Notes: a model not told the origin generated them from the letters alone. Positions 18,584 to 28,272 are shown, counted from the stretch's first letter. The stretch: 64,000 bases of DNA from an uncultured Actinomycetota bacterium (GCA_963700925.1 OY969553.1:1983695-2047694), one strand, 5' to 3'. Made by a program: numbers and translations.

Positions 18584-19446
18584 TCAGCCGAACTGCCAAC
18601 CGAACAGGTTCCACTGGAAGCAGAACCACACCAGGCCGAGCATGCCCGCCAGCACTGCGGTCTGGTGCACCCGGGCGAGGATGCCCACAGTGCCGGCGGC
18701 GGGTCGGATGGCCGTCGCGGTCGTGACGACAGCGGCGATGGTGAGGGCGGCGAACACGAGCGGCAGGACCAGGAGCACCCGGATGCTCATCGGTGCCGCG
18801 TAGAGGTACTCGCTCGTGTCACCGAGAAGGATCATGGTATGTACCCCGCAAGGGCCGCGCCGTAGTTCGAGTAGGCCGAGACCTCCCCAGCAGGACGGAT
18901 CCGAGCCGGGATGTGTTCTCCCAGAAACGTTTCCAGCGGTGGCACGTCGTCCTTGCTCCGCGCCCCCACGCCGATGCCGCGCGTCTCGAAGCCGGGCGTG
19001 TGACTCATCAGGTCGGCGAGCGTGATGGGACGGGAGTACGTGTCGGGGATCTGGAACGACGTCAGGTACTCGTTCACGTCGCGGTGGAGGTCCAGCCTGC
19101 CGTCCTGCACGAGCTGCATCACCGCCGTCCAGGTGAAGAGCTTGCTGATCGAGGCGATCCGGACGAGAGACGTCTCCGGGTCGAACGACTTCTCGTTCTC
19201 GAGGTCGGCGAGCCCGTAGCCCTTGCTGAACGGCGTGCTGCCGTTCCCGACCACCGAGATCGTCACTCCCGGAACGTGGTCGGTCTCGAGCAGCGCCGGC
19301 ACCTCTCGGTCGAAGAAGTCTGCGAGCTGCTGGGGGTCCGGAACCGGCTGGGAGGTACTCCCTGCTGCGGCGGGTGCTACCCAGAGCATCGCCACCAACG
19401 CGGCACCCAGGGCAGCCACTGTGCTGATTCTGGTGCTGTGCCTCAT
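18584..19446 (-). pseudogene. Secreted/membrane serine hydrolase (beta-lactamase fold) with a large internal deletion
   Basis: Signal peptide, SISK and YSNYG, then stop; followed at once, out of frame, by the membrane C-terminus ending WNLFGW; HxG region absent. Confidence 0.75.
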
Positions 19447-19567
19447 GGCTCGCTCCCTGCTCGTCGTCGAGACCTCGGGAGAACGATGCTGCGGGCGCCG
19501 TCCGGTGGACATCAGCGTCACGGTGTGCGTGACCCCCTGCGAAAGTCGGGCCCCCTCCCGTCCGTCC

Positions 19568-19598
19568 TTGACCTGACGTCGACTAGAGCTCGTACGGT
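19568..19598 (+). promoter_or_regulatory. MerR-type promoter (19-bp spacer) upstream of the MFS gene
   Basis: TTGACC-N19-TACGGT with a weakly dyad spacer. Confidence 0.45.
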
Positions 19599-19703
19599 CG
19601 CGCGCGCAGCACCGGCAGGAAAGAACTGGGGCAGTGTCGGTGGCCGGGGCAAGAATGGTTTCGGCCGATCGGCAGCCACGCGCTCACCAGGAGGACACAG
19701 GTC

Positions 19704-21002
19704 ATGGCGACCACCCCGCGGGCACTTCACCCGCTGAGGTACCAGGCGTACCGGCGACTGTTCGGTGCGCTGATCGCCTCGCTGCTGGGTGCCGGCCTGC
19801 TGATCGTCGGGCTGGTCTGGCAGGTCGTGGAGCTCGGCGGGGGCCCCAGCCAGCTGTCCTTCGTCACCAGCGCCAGTGCGGTCGGCATGCTCGTCACGAC
19901 CCTGCTCGGCGGCGCGCTGGCCGACCGGGTGCCGCAGAAGCGACTTCTGTTCGGCGTCGAGGCCCTGCAGGCGGCCGCCATCGGCGTGATCGCAGTCCTG
20001 GCGCTCACCGACCTGCTGCTGGTCTGGCACCTCGCGGTCGTGTCGCTGCTGACGGGAAGCGCCGCCGGCCTCTACTACCCCGCCTACTCGGCTCTGCTGC
20101 CTTCGCTGATGCCGGCTGAGGACCTGCTCGCCGCCAACGGGCTCGAGGGCGTCCTGCGTCCGGCGCTCGTGCAGGCGGCAGGCCCCGCCCTGGCCAGCTT
20201 CCTGATCGCGGCGGCGTCGCCAGGAGCGGCGCTCGCCGCAGCAGCCATGGCCGCGGTGGTGTCGGCCGGGTTCGTGCTGAGCCTGCCCCACACCGACGTC
20301 CGACGCGAGATCGTCGACGACGGCAGCCACCAGGTCGTTCAGCTGTTCCGCGACATCCGCGAGGGGGTCGTGTACATGGCGCGGACGCCCTGGCTGCTCG
20401 CCACCCTGCTGTATGCGAGCGTGATGCTCCTGGTGATGATGGGCCCGTTCGAGGTCCTGGTGCCGTTCTCCATCAAGGACCAGGCCGGTGGCGGCCCGCG
20501 CGAGCACGCCTTCGTCCTCGCCGCGTTCGGCATCGGCGGTGCGATCGGGTCCCTCACCGTGGCGTCGTTCCGGCTCCCCCGCCGCTACCTCACGCTGATG
20601 AACCTCGGGTGGGGGCTCGGCTGCATCCCGCTGGTCGTCTTCGGCGTCTCGTCGCAGGTGTGGGTGATGGTCGTCGCCGGCTTCGTGATGGGCGCCCTGT
20701 TCCAGGGCTCGATGGTGATCTGGGGGACGCTGCTGCAGCGCCGCGTGCCGCCGGAGATGCTGGGCCGCGTCTCCAGCCTCGACTTCTTCGTCTCGCTCGC
20801 CTTCATGCCGGTGTCGATGGCGCTCGCCGGGCCGGTGAGCGAGCTGGTGGGCCTGCAGACCACGTTCCTCGTCGCCGGGCTCGTGCCCACGGTGCTCGCT
20901 GTCGCGGCCATCCTGGCGGCGCGGATGCCGGCGGACGAGATCGCCCATCCCCTCGACACTGCACCGGCCAAGCACGACGACTCGACCCCCGCGATCCGGT
21001 GA
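19704..21002 (+). CDS. MFS efflux transporter, Tet(V)-like
   Basis: GGALADRVP, LLAANGLEGVLRP, RRYLTLM, MVIWGTLLQRRVP.EMLGRVSSLDFFVSLAFMP. Confidence 0.85.
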   Translation: MATTPRALHPLRYQAYRRLFGALIASLLGAGLLIVGLVWQVVELGGGPSQLSFVTSASAVGMLVTTLLGGALADRVPQKRLLFGVEALQAAAIGVIAVLALTDLLLVWHLAVVSLLTGSAAGLYYPAYSALLPSLMPAEDLLAANGLEGVLRPALVQAAGPALASFLIAAASPGAALAAAAMAAVVSAGFVLSLPHTDVRREIVDDGSHQVVQLFRDIREGVVYMARTPWLLATLLYASVMLLVMMGPFEVLVPFSIKDQAGGGPREHAFVLAAFGIGGAIGSLTVASFRLPRRYLTLMNLGWGLGCIPLVVFGVSSQVWVMVVAGFVMGALFQGSMVIWGTLLQRRVPPEMLGRVSSLDFFVSLAFMPVSMALAGPVSELVGLQTTFLVAGLVPTVLAVAAILAARMPADEIAHPLDTAPAKHDDSTPAIR

Positions 21003-21269
21003 GCGGATCGCCGCCGACCGACCTCGTCGTCGAACTGCTCACGCCAAGGCTCTGGCCGTCCTTCGAGGAGCTGATGGACGAGGGCGGACCGGCGGGTCTG
21101 GGCGATCAGCTGCTTCTACGTGCGCATGGGCCACCGGCGCGAGGGTGTGTTGTCGGCGCTGATCACGTCCGCCCTTGCACTGGCACGCTCGTCCGCCGAC
21201 GCGGGTTTCGTCGAGGTCGCTCGCCGCTCGCCGGAGCGGCCGATCATGCGGTTCGTGTTCGGACGATGA
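20999..21269 (+). pseudogene. GNAT acetyltransferase remnant with two internal deletions
   Basis: LTPRLWPSFEELM / frame change / VWAISCFYVR..HRREG..SALI..A / AGFVEVARRSPERPIMR. Confidence 0.7.
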
Positions 21270-21296
21270 CGAGCGCACCCCGCTGAGAGGACTGCC

Positions 21297-21926
21297 ATGT
21301 CGAAGGTCATTGCCGACATCACCATGTCGCTGGATGGCTACGTCGCGCCGCCGGGCGCCGACTCCCACCACGAGGTCGGGGACGTCGACGAGCTCCAGAC
21401 CTGGGTGATGGAGCAGGACGCCGTCGACACCGAGATCCTCGAGCGGGCGACTGCGGCGACCGGCGCCGTGGTGATGGGCCGGCGCCTCTTCGACATCGTC
21501 GACGCACCGGGTGTCTGGACGAAGGACGGGGGTTACGGCGCACAGTTCGCGGGGACGCCGCCGTTCTTCGTCGTCACGCACTCGGCGCCGCGCGACGTGC
21601 GGCTGGAGCGTGAGGCGGGTCTGCGACTCACCTTCGTGGAGGGCGTGACGGCCGCAGTCGACCAGGCGAGGGCCGCGGCGACCGACGGCCACGTCGTGAT
21701 CATGGGCGGCGCAGACGTCATCGGCCAGGCAATCGAACTGGGTCTCGTGGACGAGCTGCACCTGCACCTCGCACCGATGCTGCTCGGTGGCGGAACGCGG
21801 CTCTTTCGGGACGGCATGCGCGAGAAGTACCGCCAACGTCACGTCCGCCCTTCGAGCAACGCCGTCCACCTCGTCTACGAACGGCTGGTCAGCGCCGAAC
21901 AGCAGCTCGAGGCGTCACAGCGGTAG
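21297..21926 (+). CDS. RibD C-terminal/dihydrofolate reductase-family protein
   Basis: ITMSLDGYVA, VVMGRRLF, MGGA, LVDELHL..PMLLGGG. Confidence 0.9.
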   Translation: MSKVIADITMSLDGYVAPPGADSHHEVGDVDELQTWVMEQDAVDTEILERATAATGAVVMGRRLFDIVDAPGVWTKDGGYGAQFAGTPPFFVVTHSAPRDVRLEREAGLRLTFVEGVTAAVDQARAAATDGHVVIMGGADVIGQAIELGLVDELHLHLAPMLLGGGTRLFRDGMREKYRQRHVRPSSNAVHLVYERLVSAEQQLEASQR

Positions 21927-21993
21927 CTCCGAGGCCCGGCAGGGCAACCGGGCCGATCGGGCGAGCAGGCACGGTGCGTGCAAGCATCGAGTG

Positions 21994-22986
21994 ATGGGCG
22001 ACGAGTTCGAGCGGGACACCGACTACATCACCGACCGCATCACGCGCGACGGGGCCGACGGCTGGCCGGTCGAGCCGGGCCGGTACCGCCTGGTCGCCGC
22101 CCGGGCATGTCCGTGGGCGAGCCGCGCGGTCATCGTCCGCCGCCTGCTTGGCCTTGAGGACGCGATCTCGATGGGCCTCGCCGGACCGACGCACGACGAG
22201 CGGTCGTGGCAGTTCGAACTCGACCCCGGCGGCGTCGACCCGGTGCTGCGGATCCATCACCTGCAGGAGGCATACCTCGCCCGATTTCCCAACTACCCCA
22301 AGGGCATCACCGTCCCCGCCATCGTTGACGTGCCCAGCGGCGTCGTGGTCACCAACGACTTCGCCCAGATCACGCGCGACCTGTCGACGGAGTGGACCGA
22401 GCACCACCGCGCCGGCGCCCCGCAGCTCTACCCGGAGGCGCTGCGTGACCAGATCGACGAGGTCGCCGAACGCGTCTACACCGAGGTGAACAACGGCGTG
22501 TACCGCTGCGGCTTCGCCGGTTCTCAGGCGGCGTACGACGCTGCCTACCAACGGTTGTGGACGGCGCTCGACTGGTTGGAGGAGCGCTTGGCCGAGCGAC
22601 GGTACCTGGTCGGCGACACGATCACCGAGGTCGACGTGCGTCTGTTCACCACGCTGGCGCGCTTCGACGCGGTCTACCACGGGCACTTCAAGTGCAACCG
22701 GCAGAAGCTGGCCGAGATGCCGGCGCTCTGGGCCTACGCGCGTGATCTGTTCCAGACACCGGGCTTCGGCGACACCACCGACTTCGCGCAGATCAAGAGG
22801 CACTACTACGTGGTGCACACGGAGATCAACCCGACCAGGATCGTGCCTGCCGGGCCGGACCCGTCAGGCTGGCTGACGCCCCACGGACGAGAGTCGTTGG
22901 GCGGCAGGCCGTTCGGCGACGGAACCGCCCCAGGGCCGGTGCGCGAGGGCGAAGTCGTGCCTCCCCTGAGGCGCGAGGCGGCGTGA
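21994..22986 (+). CDS. Glutathionyl-hydroquinone reductase/GST omega-like (YqjG family)
   Basis: GRYRL..ACPWASR, ITVP, VNNGVYRCGFA, RFDAVYHGHFKCN, IKRHYY. Confidence 0.9.
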   Translation: MGDEFERDTDYITDRITRDGADGWPVEPGRYRLVAARACPWASRAVIVRRLLGLEDAISMGLAGPTHDERSWQFELDPGGVDPVLRIHHLQEAYLARFPNYPKGITVPAIVDVPSGVVVTNDFAQITRDLSTEWTEHHRAGAPQLYPEALRDQIDEVAERVYTEVNNGVYRCGFAGSQAAYDAAYQRLWTALDWLEERLAERRYLVGDTITEVDVRLFTTLARFDAVYHGHFKCNRQKLAEMPALWAYARDLFQTPGFGDTTDFAQIKRHYYVVHTEINPTRIVPAGPDPSGWLTPHGRESLGGRPFGDGTAPGPVREGEVVPPLRREAA

Positions 22987-22999
22987 CCTGACCCAGCCG

Positions 23000-24148
23000 T
23001 CAGACAGCCTGACGTTGCCGGGCTACGGCGCGCGCGATCCGCAGGGCGTCGATGCGCAGCTCGCGGAGCATTCCGCTGATGGGGTTCGTGTAGCCGGTGA
23101 AGTACAGCCCGGGAGCGCCAGGCGCCGTCCGCGGGCCATGCACGCTCGGCCCTCCGCGCTCGTCCAGAACCCCGAGGTGTCCCACCAGACCATCGAGCCC
23201 CCGCCGGTATCCCGTGGCCGCCACCACCGCGTCTGGGGTGATCCTCGACCCGTCGGCGAGCACGATCGCGGCGCCGTCGAACGATGCCACTGCCGCGACC
23301 GGCTCGACGGTCCTGGCCTGCACGGCCGCGATCAGCCCGACGTCCTGCACCGGCACCGACCCCGCCAGCACGCGGGTGTACATCCCGGTGTCAGGACGGG
23401 GAAGGCCGTGCTCGGCGAGGTCTGGAACCTGCAGCAGCCCGACGACGCGCGCGATCCGGTCGACCAACGGCGGGGGCAGGCGGCGGACGAGGATGCCGGT
23501 GGCCTGGGCGGGCCACCCCGCACTCGTCCGACGCACGATGTGCGGGGCGGTGCGGACGGCCAGACGGACCCGGCTCGCGCCGCCCTCGACCAGGTCGACG
23601 GCGATCTCCGCACCGGTGTTGCCGACCCCGACGACGAGCACGTCCTGGCCGACGTACGGCGTGGCGTTGCGGTACGTGCTGGCATGCCGGACGTCACCCG
23701 GGAAGGTGGCGACGCCGGGCCAGTCGAGCGCCGACGGAGTGTGGTTGTAGCCGGTGGCAACGACGACCTGCGGGGCTGAGAGGGACTGGCCGTCAGCGGT
23801 GCGAAGGAGCCATCCGTCGCCGTCGCGCTCGAGCCGTTCCACCTCGACACCGGTGCGCACCTCGATGCCGTGGTGCTCGACGTACCCCTCCAGGTAGCGC
23901 ACCACGTCGTCGCGGCTGACCCACCGTCCGAACGTCTTCGGAATGGGCAGGCCTGGAAGGCCCGACAGACGACGCGGGGTGTGCAGGTGCAGGCGGTCGT
24001 AGTGCGCGCGCCACGAAGCACCGACGGCGTCGGACCTCTCCAGCACCACCGCCGGCACTCCTCGGCGGGTGAGCGCGGCAGCGACCGCCAGGCCGCCCGG
24101 CCCGGCACCGATGACGTGCACAGGGTCGGGCTGCAGTCCGGTGACCAT
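23000..24148 (-). CDS. Flavin-containing monooxygenase
   Basis: VIGAGPGGL, HASTYRN, VVGVGNTG, ATGY (twice). Confidence 0.9.
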   Translation of the reverse strand: MVTGLQPDPVHVIGAGPGGLAVAAALTRRGVPAVVLERSDAVGASWRAHYDRLHLHTPRRLSGLPGLPIPKTFGRWVSRDDVVRYLEGYVEHHGIEVRTGVEVERLERDGDGWLLRTADGQSLSAPQVVVATGYNHTPSALDWPGVATFPGDVRHASTYRNATPYVGQDVLVVGVGNTGAEIAVDLVEGGASRVRLAVRTAPHIVRRTSAGWPAQATGILVRRLPPPLVDRIARVVGLLQVPDLAEHGLPRPDTGMYTRVLAGSVPVQDVGLIAAVQARTVEPVAAVASFDGAAIVLADGSRITPDAVVAATGYRRGLDGLVGHLGVLDERGGPSVHGPRTAPGAPGLYFTGYTNPISGMLRELRIDALRIARAVARQRQAV

Positions 24149-24221
24149 CCCGTGTTCCTACCACTGCCGCTCGCGCCGCCCGGACAGCGCGTGCGAGCCT
24201 GTGCACGTCATCGGTGCCGGG
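24101..24221. repeat. Perfect 24-bp inverted repeat with 73-bp spacer
   Basis: cccggcaccgatgacgtgcacagg (24101-24124) / cctgtgcacgtcatcggtgccggg (24198-24221). Confidence 0.92.
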
Positions 24222-24243
24222 AGGTGGATGCGAGGCTGGCTCG

Positions 24244-25353
24244 ATGGACGAGCGAACCGGCCCGCTGCGGGGCGTGAAGGTCGTGGAGCTGGCGGGCATC
24301 GGACCGGCGCCGCACGCGGCGATGACGCTGGCCGACCTGGGCGCGGATGTGATCCGGATCGAACGTCCGGGTGGAAGTGACCTTCACGGGCCCCGCGAGA
24401 CGGACCTGCTGACCCGGGGCCGGCCCAGTGTGGCCCTGGATCTCAAGGATCCGGCCGCCGTGGCCGTGGTGCTCGACCTCGTCGAGAGAGCGGATGTGCT
24501 GGTCGAAGGCATGCGGCCCGGGGTGGCCGAGCGCCTCGGTCTCGGTCCGGACGAGTGCCTCGGTCGAAACACCCGGCTGGTGTACGGGCGGATGACGGGC
24601 TGGGGGCAGGAGGGTCCGCTGGCCGGTCGCGCGGGCCACGACATCAACTACATCGCCGTCTCCGGTGTGCTGCACGGGCTCGGACGAGAGGGCGGTCCGC
24701 CCCAGTTCCCGCAGAACCTGCTGGGCGACTTCGGCGGCGGCTCAACGTATCTCGTCATCGGGGTGCTCGCCGCTTTGGTGGAGGCGCGCACCAGCGGCCA
24801 AGGGCAGGTGGTCGACGCGGCGATCGTCGACGGTGCCGCGCACCTCGGCACGATGTTCGCGGGGATGCTCGCCGGCGGCGCACAGTCGGAGCAGCGCGGA
24901 CGAGGACTGCTCGACTCCGGGGCACCGTTCTACGACGTGTACGCGACCTCAGACGGCGAGCACGTGGCTGTCGGGGCGCTGGAGCCCGCGTTCTATGCAG
25001 CCCTGCTCGGCGGCCTGGGCCTGGCCGACGACGAGGTTCCGGACCGCTACGACCCAGCGCAGTGGCCGGCGCTGCGCACCGTTCTCGCAGAACGATTCTC
25101 GCAGCGCACCCAGCAGGAGTGGGCCGAGGTCTTCGAGGGCACCGACGCGTGCGTGACACCCGTCCTGCCGATGACGCGAGCCGCTGCTCACCCGCACCTG
25201 GCCGCGCGCGGCACCTACGTCGAGCACCACGGTGTCGTGCAACCCGCTCCGGCGCCGCGGTTCTCGCGGACGGTGCCCACGCTGACCACCCCACCCTCGG
25301 AGCCCGTGGACGTCCAGGATGTGTTGCGATCGTGGGGTATCGACCCCGCCTGA
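24244..25353 (+). CDS. CaiB/BaiF CoA-transferase (alpha-methylacyl-CoA racemase-like)
   Basis: ELAGIGPAP, LADLGADVIRIE, RMTGWGQ.GP, GHDINY, LLGDFGGG. Confidence 0.92.
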   Translation: MDERTGPLRGVKVVELAGIGPAPHAAMTLADLGADVIRIERPGGSDLHGPRETDLLTRGRPSVALDLKDPAAVAVVLDLVERADVLVEGMRPGVAERLGLGPDECLGRNTRLVYGRMTGWGQEGPLAGRAGHDINYIAVSGVLHGLGREGGPPQFPQNLLGDFGGGSTYLVIGVLAALVEARTSGQGQVVDAAIVDGAAHLGTMFAGMLAGGAQSEQRGRGLLDSGAPFYDVYATSDGEHVAVGALEPAFYAALLGGLGLADDEVPDRYDPAQWPALRTVLAERFSQRTQQEWAEVFEGTDACVTPVLPMTRAAAHPHLAARGTYVEHHGVVQPAPAPRFSRTVPTLTTPPSEPVDVQDVLRSWGIDPA

Positions 25354-25420
25354 TCGCCCCGCGCCAGGTCCGAGTGGGTACCGCTCGACCAGCTCGGACC
25401 CCAGCCTGCCCCCTCAAGCC

Positions 25421-25497
25421 GGGCACAACTGGGGGAAGGTTTGCTCGTCTCGGCTCGAATAGGCCCTGAAACGGCGTACTTTCCCCCAGTTGTGCCC
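25421..25497. repeat. 77-bp palindromic element (17-bp perfect arms) between convergent genes; REP/MITE-like or bidirectional terminator
   Basis: GGGCACAACTGGGGGAA ... TTCCCCCAGTTGTGCCC. Confidence 0.8.
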
Positions 25498-25510
25498 ACC
25501 CCGATCTACG

Positions 25511-26362
25511 TCACCGTGAGAGCGCCTGGTACCGGCGGACGCTCAGCGCCCCGAACCCCAGGCTGATCACGATCGGGAAGACCACGGCCAGCAACAGACC
25601 GTTCTGCGTGGCCCACCCTCCACCCACGACACCCGGGTTGCCGAACAGCTCGCGGGTCGCGCTGACGGTAGCCGCCATCGGGTTCCACTCGGAGACAGCG
25701 GCCAACCAGCCCGGCATCGTCGTGGTGGCTACGAATGCGTTGGACAGGAAGGCGAAGGGCCACACCAGGATCGAGACCGCCATCACCGCCCCGGGGTCAC
25801 GGGTCACCAGGCCGAGGTAGATCCCGAGCCACAGGCAGGCGACCCGCAGCAGCAGGAGCAGACCGACCGCTGCCGCAGCGGCCGCCAGCCCAGCGGGCCT
25901 CCAGCCGATCACGAGGCCGCACACCAGCATGACCGCCAGGCCGACCGCAGAGGCAGCCATGTCGGCGAGGCAGCGACCCAGCACGACGCCCGACGGGGCC
26001 ATCGGCATCGACCGGAACCGGTCGGTCACACCGCGACTGGCGTCGGTTGCGACCGCTGTCATCGTCGCCTCCAAGCCGAACACCATCGTCAGCGCGAGCA
26101 TCCCGGGGAAGAGGAACTCCCGGTAGTCACCGCCGCCGGGCACGAACATGCCTCCGCCCAGGAGGTACCCGAACATCAGCACCATCAGGACGGGGAACAG
26201 CAGGCCGATGAGCAGCTGCATCGGCTGGCGCCGCCAGTGCGCGACGTCGCGGGCGGCGACGGTGAGCGCGTCGGAGAGGGCCCAGTACAGGCGTCCGGAC
26301 GCGGTTCGGTCGTCGCCGACAGTCAGTGGTAGCGGCGCTGTCTGGTTCGTGGTCGCAGTCAT
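25511..26362 (-). CDS. ABC-2 type permease (DrrB-like)
   Basis: DRFRSMPM, FLSNAFV..TMPGWL..WNP. Confidence 0.9.
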   Translation of the reverse strand: MTATTNQTAPLPLTVGDDRTASGRLYWALSDALTVAARDVAHWRRQPMQLLIGLLFPVLMVLMFGYLLGGGMFVPGGGDYREFLFPGMLALTMVFGLEATMTAVATDASRGVTDRFRSMPMAPSGVVLGRCLADMAASAVGLAVMLVCGLVIGWRPAGLAAAAAAVGLLLLLRVACLWLGIYLGLVTRDPGAVMAVSILVWPFAFLSNAFVATTTMPGWLAAVSEWNPMAATVSATRELFGNPGVVGGGWATQNGLLLAVVFPIVISLGFGALSVRRYQALSR

Positions 26363-27384
26363 GCCGGAACCTCCTGGTCCGTCGTCTTGGACAGGTCGGT
26401 CGCCTCGCCCGCCCCGGGAGGTTGGGTCGCCGGCCGTCGGGTGATGCGCAGGTAGGCCTCGTCGAGCGTCGTCGGGCGCAGCACGAGGTCGTCGACCTCG
26501 ATGCCCGCGTCGTCCAGCGCCCGCACGACGGCGCCCACGACGCCGTGGCGTCGACCGATCGGCACGGTGACGCGCGCCGGCTGCGCACCGTTCGGTCCGG
26601 CTCGCACGTCGTCGAGACGATGCGAGGTGACGCGCTCGGCCAGCTCGACCGCCTCCTGCGCCCTGGCCGGGTCGGCCACGACGAGCTCGAGGCGGTCGCC
26701 ACCGATCGCCGCGGTGAGCTCGTCGGGTGTTCCGCGCGCGACCACGCGTCCGTCGTCGAGCACGCAGACGGTGTCGGCGAGCTCCTCCGCCTCCTCGAGG
26801 TGCTGCGTGGTCAGCAGCACTGTCGTGCCGTCGGCGACGAGCCCGCGGATGGCGTCCCAGACGTCGCGGCGGCCGGCCGGGTCGAGCCCCGTGGTCGGCT
26901 CGTCGAGGAACAGGACGTGCGGACGAAGGATCAGCCCCGCCGCGAGGTCGAGGCGGCGGCGCATCCCGCCGGAGAAGTCACGAACGGCACGGCTCCCCGT
27001 GTCGGCGATACCCATCTGCTCGAGCAGCTCGTCGGCTCTCCGACGTGCGCTCTGGCGGTCGAGGTGGTGCAGCCGGGCGAACATGACGAGGTTCTGGCGG
27101 GCACCCAGCACCTCGTCGACCGCGGCCTGCTGGCCCACCAACCCGATCCTGCGCCGTACCTCGCGCGGTTCACGCAACACATCGACGCCTGCGACCTCGA
27201 CACTGCCTCCGTCCGGACGCAGCAGCGTCGCCAGGATGCGCACCACCGTCGTCTTGCCGGCTCCGTTCGGGCCGAGCAGCGCGCAGACGCTCCCCGTCCG
27301 CACCTCGAGGTCGAAACCGTCCAGCACCTGCGGGCCTCCGAAGGCCTTCCGCACGCCGACCGCCCTGATCGCCATCCCTGCCAT
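26359..27384 (-). CDS. ABC transporter ATP-binding protein (DrrA-like)
   Basis: GPNGAGKTT, FSGGMRRRLDLA, LFLDEPTTGLDP. Confidence 0.93.
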   Translation of the reverse strand: MAGMAIRAVGVRKAFGGPQVLDGFDLEVRTGSVCALLGPNGAGKTTVVRILATLLRPDGGSVEVAGVDVLREPREVRRRIGLVGQQAAVDEVLGARQNLVMFARLHHLDRQSARRRADELLEQMGIADTGSRAVRDFSGGMRRRLDLAAGLILRPHVLFLDEPTTGLDPAGRRDVWDAIRGLVADGTTVLLTTQHLEEAEELADTVCVLDDGRVVARGTPDELTAAIGGDRLELVVADPARAQEAVELAERVTSHRLDDVRAGPNGAQPARVTVPIGRRHGVVGAVVRALDDAGIEVDDLVLRPTTLDEAYLRITRRPATQPPGAGEATDLSKTTDQEVPA

Positions 27385-27396
27385 CACCGACTCCTC

Positions 27397-27442
27397 CGTA
27401 CGCTGTACGATGTTCCTTTCCCACATTAGCGTACGACGTACG
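27397..27442. promoter_or_regulatory. Two TetR-type operators CGTAC-N3-GTACG
   Basis: CGTACGCTGTACG (27397-27409) and CGTACGACGTACG (27430-27442). Confidence 0.7.
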
Positions 27443-27478
27443 GAAATGGCTAGCCCGATCTGCGAGAGGGTGGGCGGC

Positions 27479-28270
27479 ATGGCGACAGAGTTCACCGGGA
27501 CGGGAGACCCCGCGCGCAGCATGGCCCTGCTCTGGCGCGGCCACTCGACAGAGCTGGAGACCCCTGTCCGACCGGGTCCTCGCCCCGGGATCGACGTCGA
27601 CCGCATCGTGGCGGCGGCCGTGTCGCTCGCCGACGCCGAGGGCCTGGCTGCCGTCTCGATGCGGCAGGTGGCGTCGCGGCTGGGGGTCGGCGCCATGACG
27701 CTCTACACGCACGTGCCGGGCAAGGGCGAGCTGGTCGACCTGATGCTCGACCACGTGCTGGGGGAGATGTACGCCGATGCTCCCGGCAGTCCCGGCACGG
27801 AGGCGGGAGGCTGGCGCGAGCGGCTGACCGCTGTGGCACAGGCGAACTGGGACCTCTACGCCCGACACCCTTGGGCACTCCACCTCGCGACAGGACGTCC
27901 GCCCCTCGGTCCCAACCTGCTCGCCAAGTACGAGCACGAGCTGCGAGCAGTCGACGGTCTCGGGCTCTCGGAGGTGCAGATGGACTTGGTCGTCACCCTC
28001 GTCACCGCCCTCGTGCACGGCACGGCAAGTGGGCTGCGCGAGAAGGCGGAGGCGGAGCGAGCGACTGGCATCACAGAGCTCCAGTGGTGGGAGGCGACGG
28101 CGCCGTACGTGGACCGGGTGTTCGACGCCGAGCGGTTCCCGACGGTCGCGCGGGTCGGGCCGATCGCCGGTGAAGAGCTGGGGGCCTTCGACCCGCAGCG
28201 CACGTTCCGGTTCGGGCTGGAGAGGCTGCTGGACGGCATCGCAGTTCTCGTCGACGATGCCGCCAGCTGA
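27479..28270 (+). CDS. TetR/AcrR regulator
   Basis: VSMRQVASRLGVGAMTLYTHVPGK; FRFGLERLLDG. Confidence 0.92.
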   Translation: MATEFTGTGDPARSMALLWRGHSTELETPVRPGPRPGIDVDRIVAAAVSLADAEGLAAVSMRQVASRLGVGAMTLYTHVPGKGELVDLMLDHVLGEMYADAPGSPGTEAGGWRERLTAVAQANWDLYARHPWALHLATGRPPLGPNLLAKYEHELRAVDGLGLSEVQMDLVVTLVTALVHGTASGLREKAEAERATGITELQWWEATAPYVDRVFDAERFPTVARVGPIAGEELGAFDPQRTFRFGLERLLDGIAVLVDDAAS

Positions 28271-28272
28271 CC

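Noticed and set aside
17494-21290. Other intergenic CGATGA hexamers (17494, 21264)
   Set aside because: No GTC 18 nt downstream
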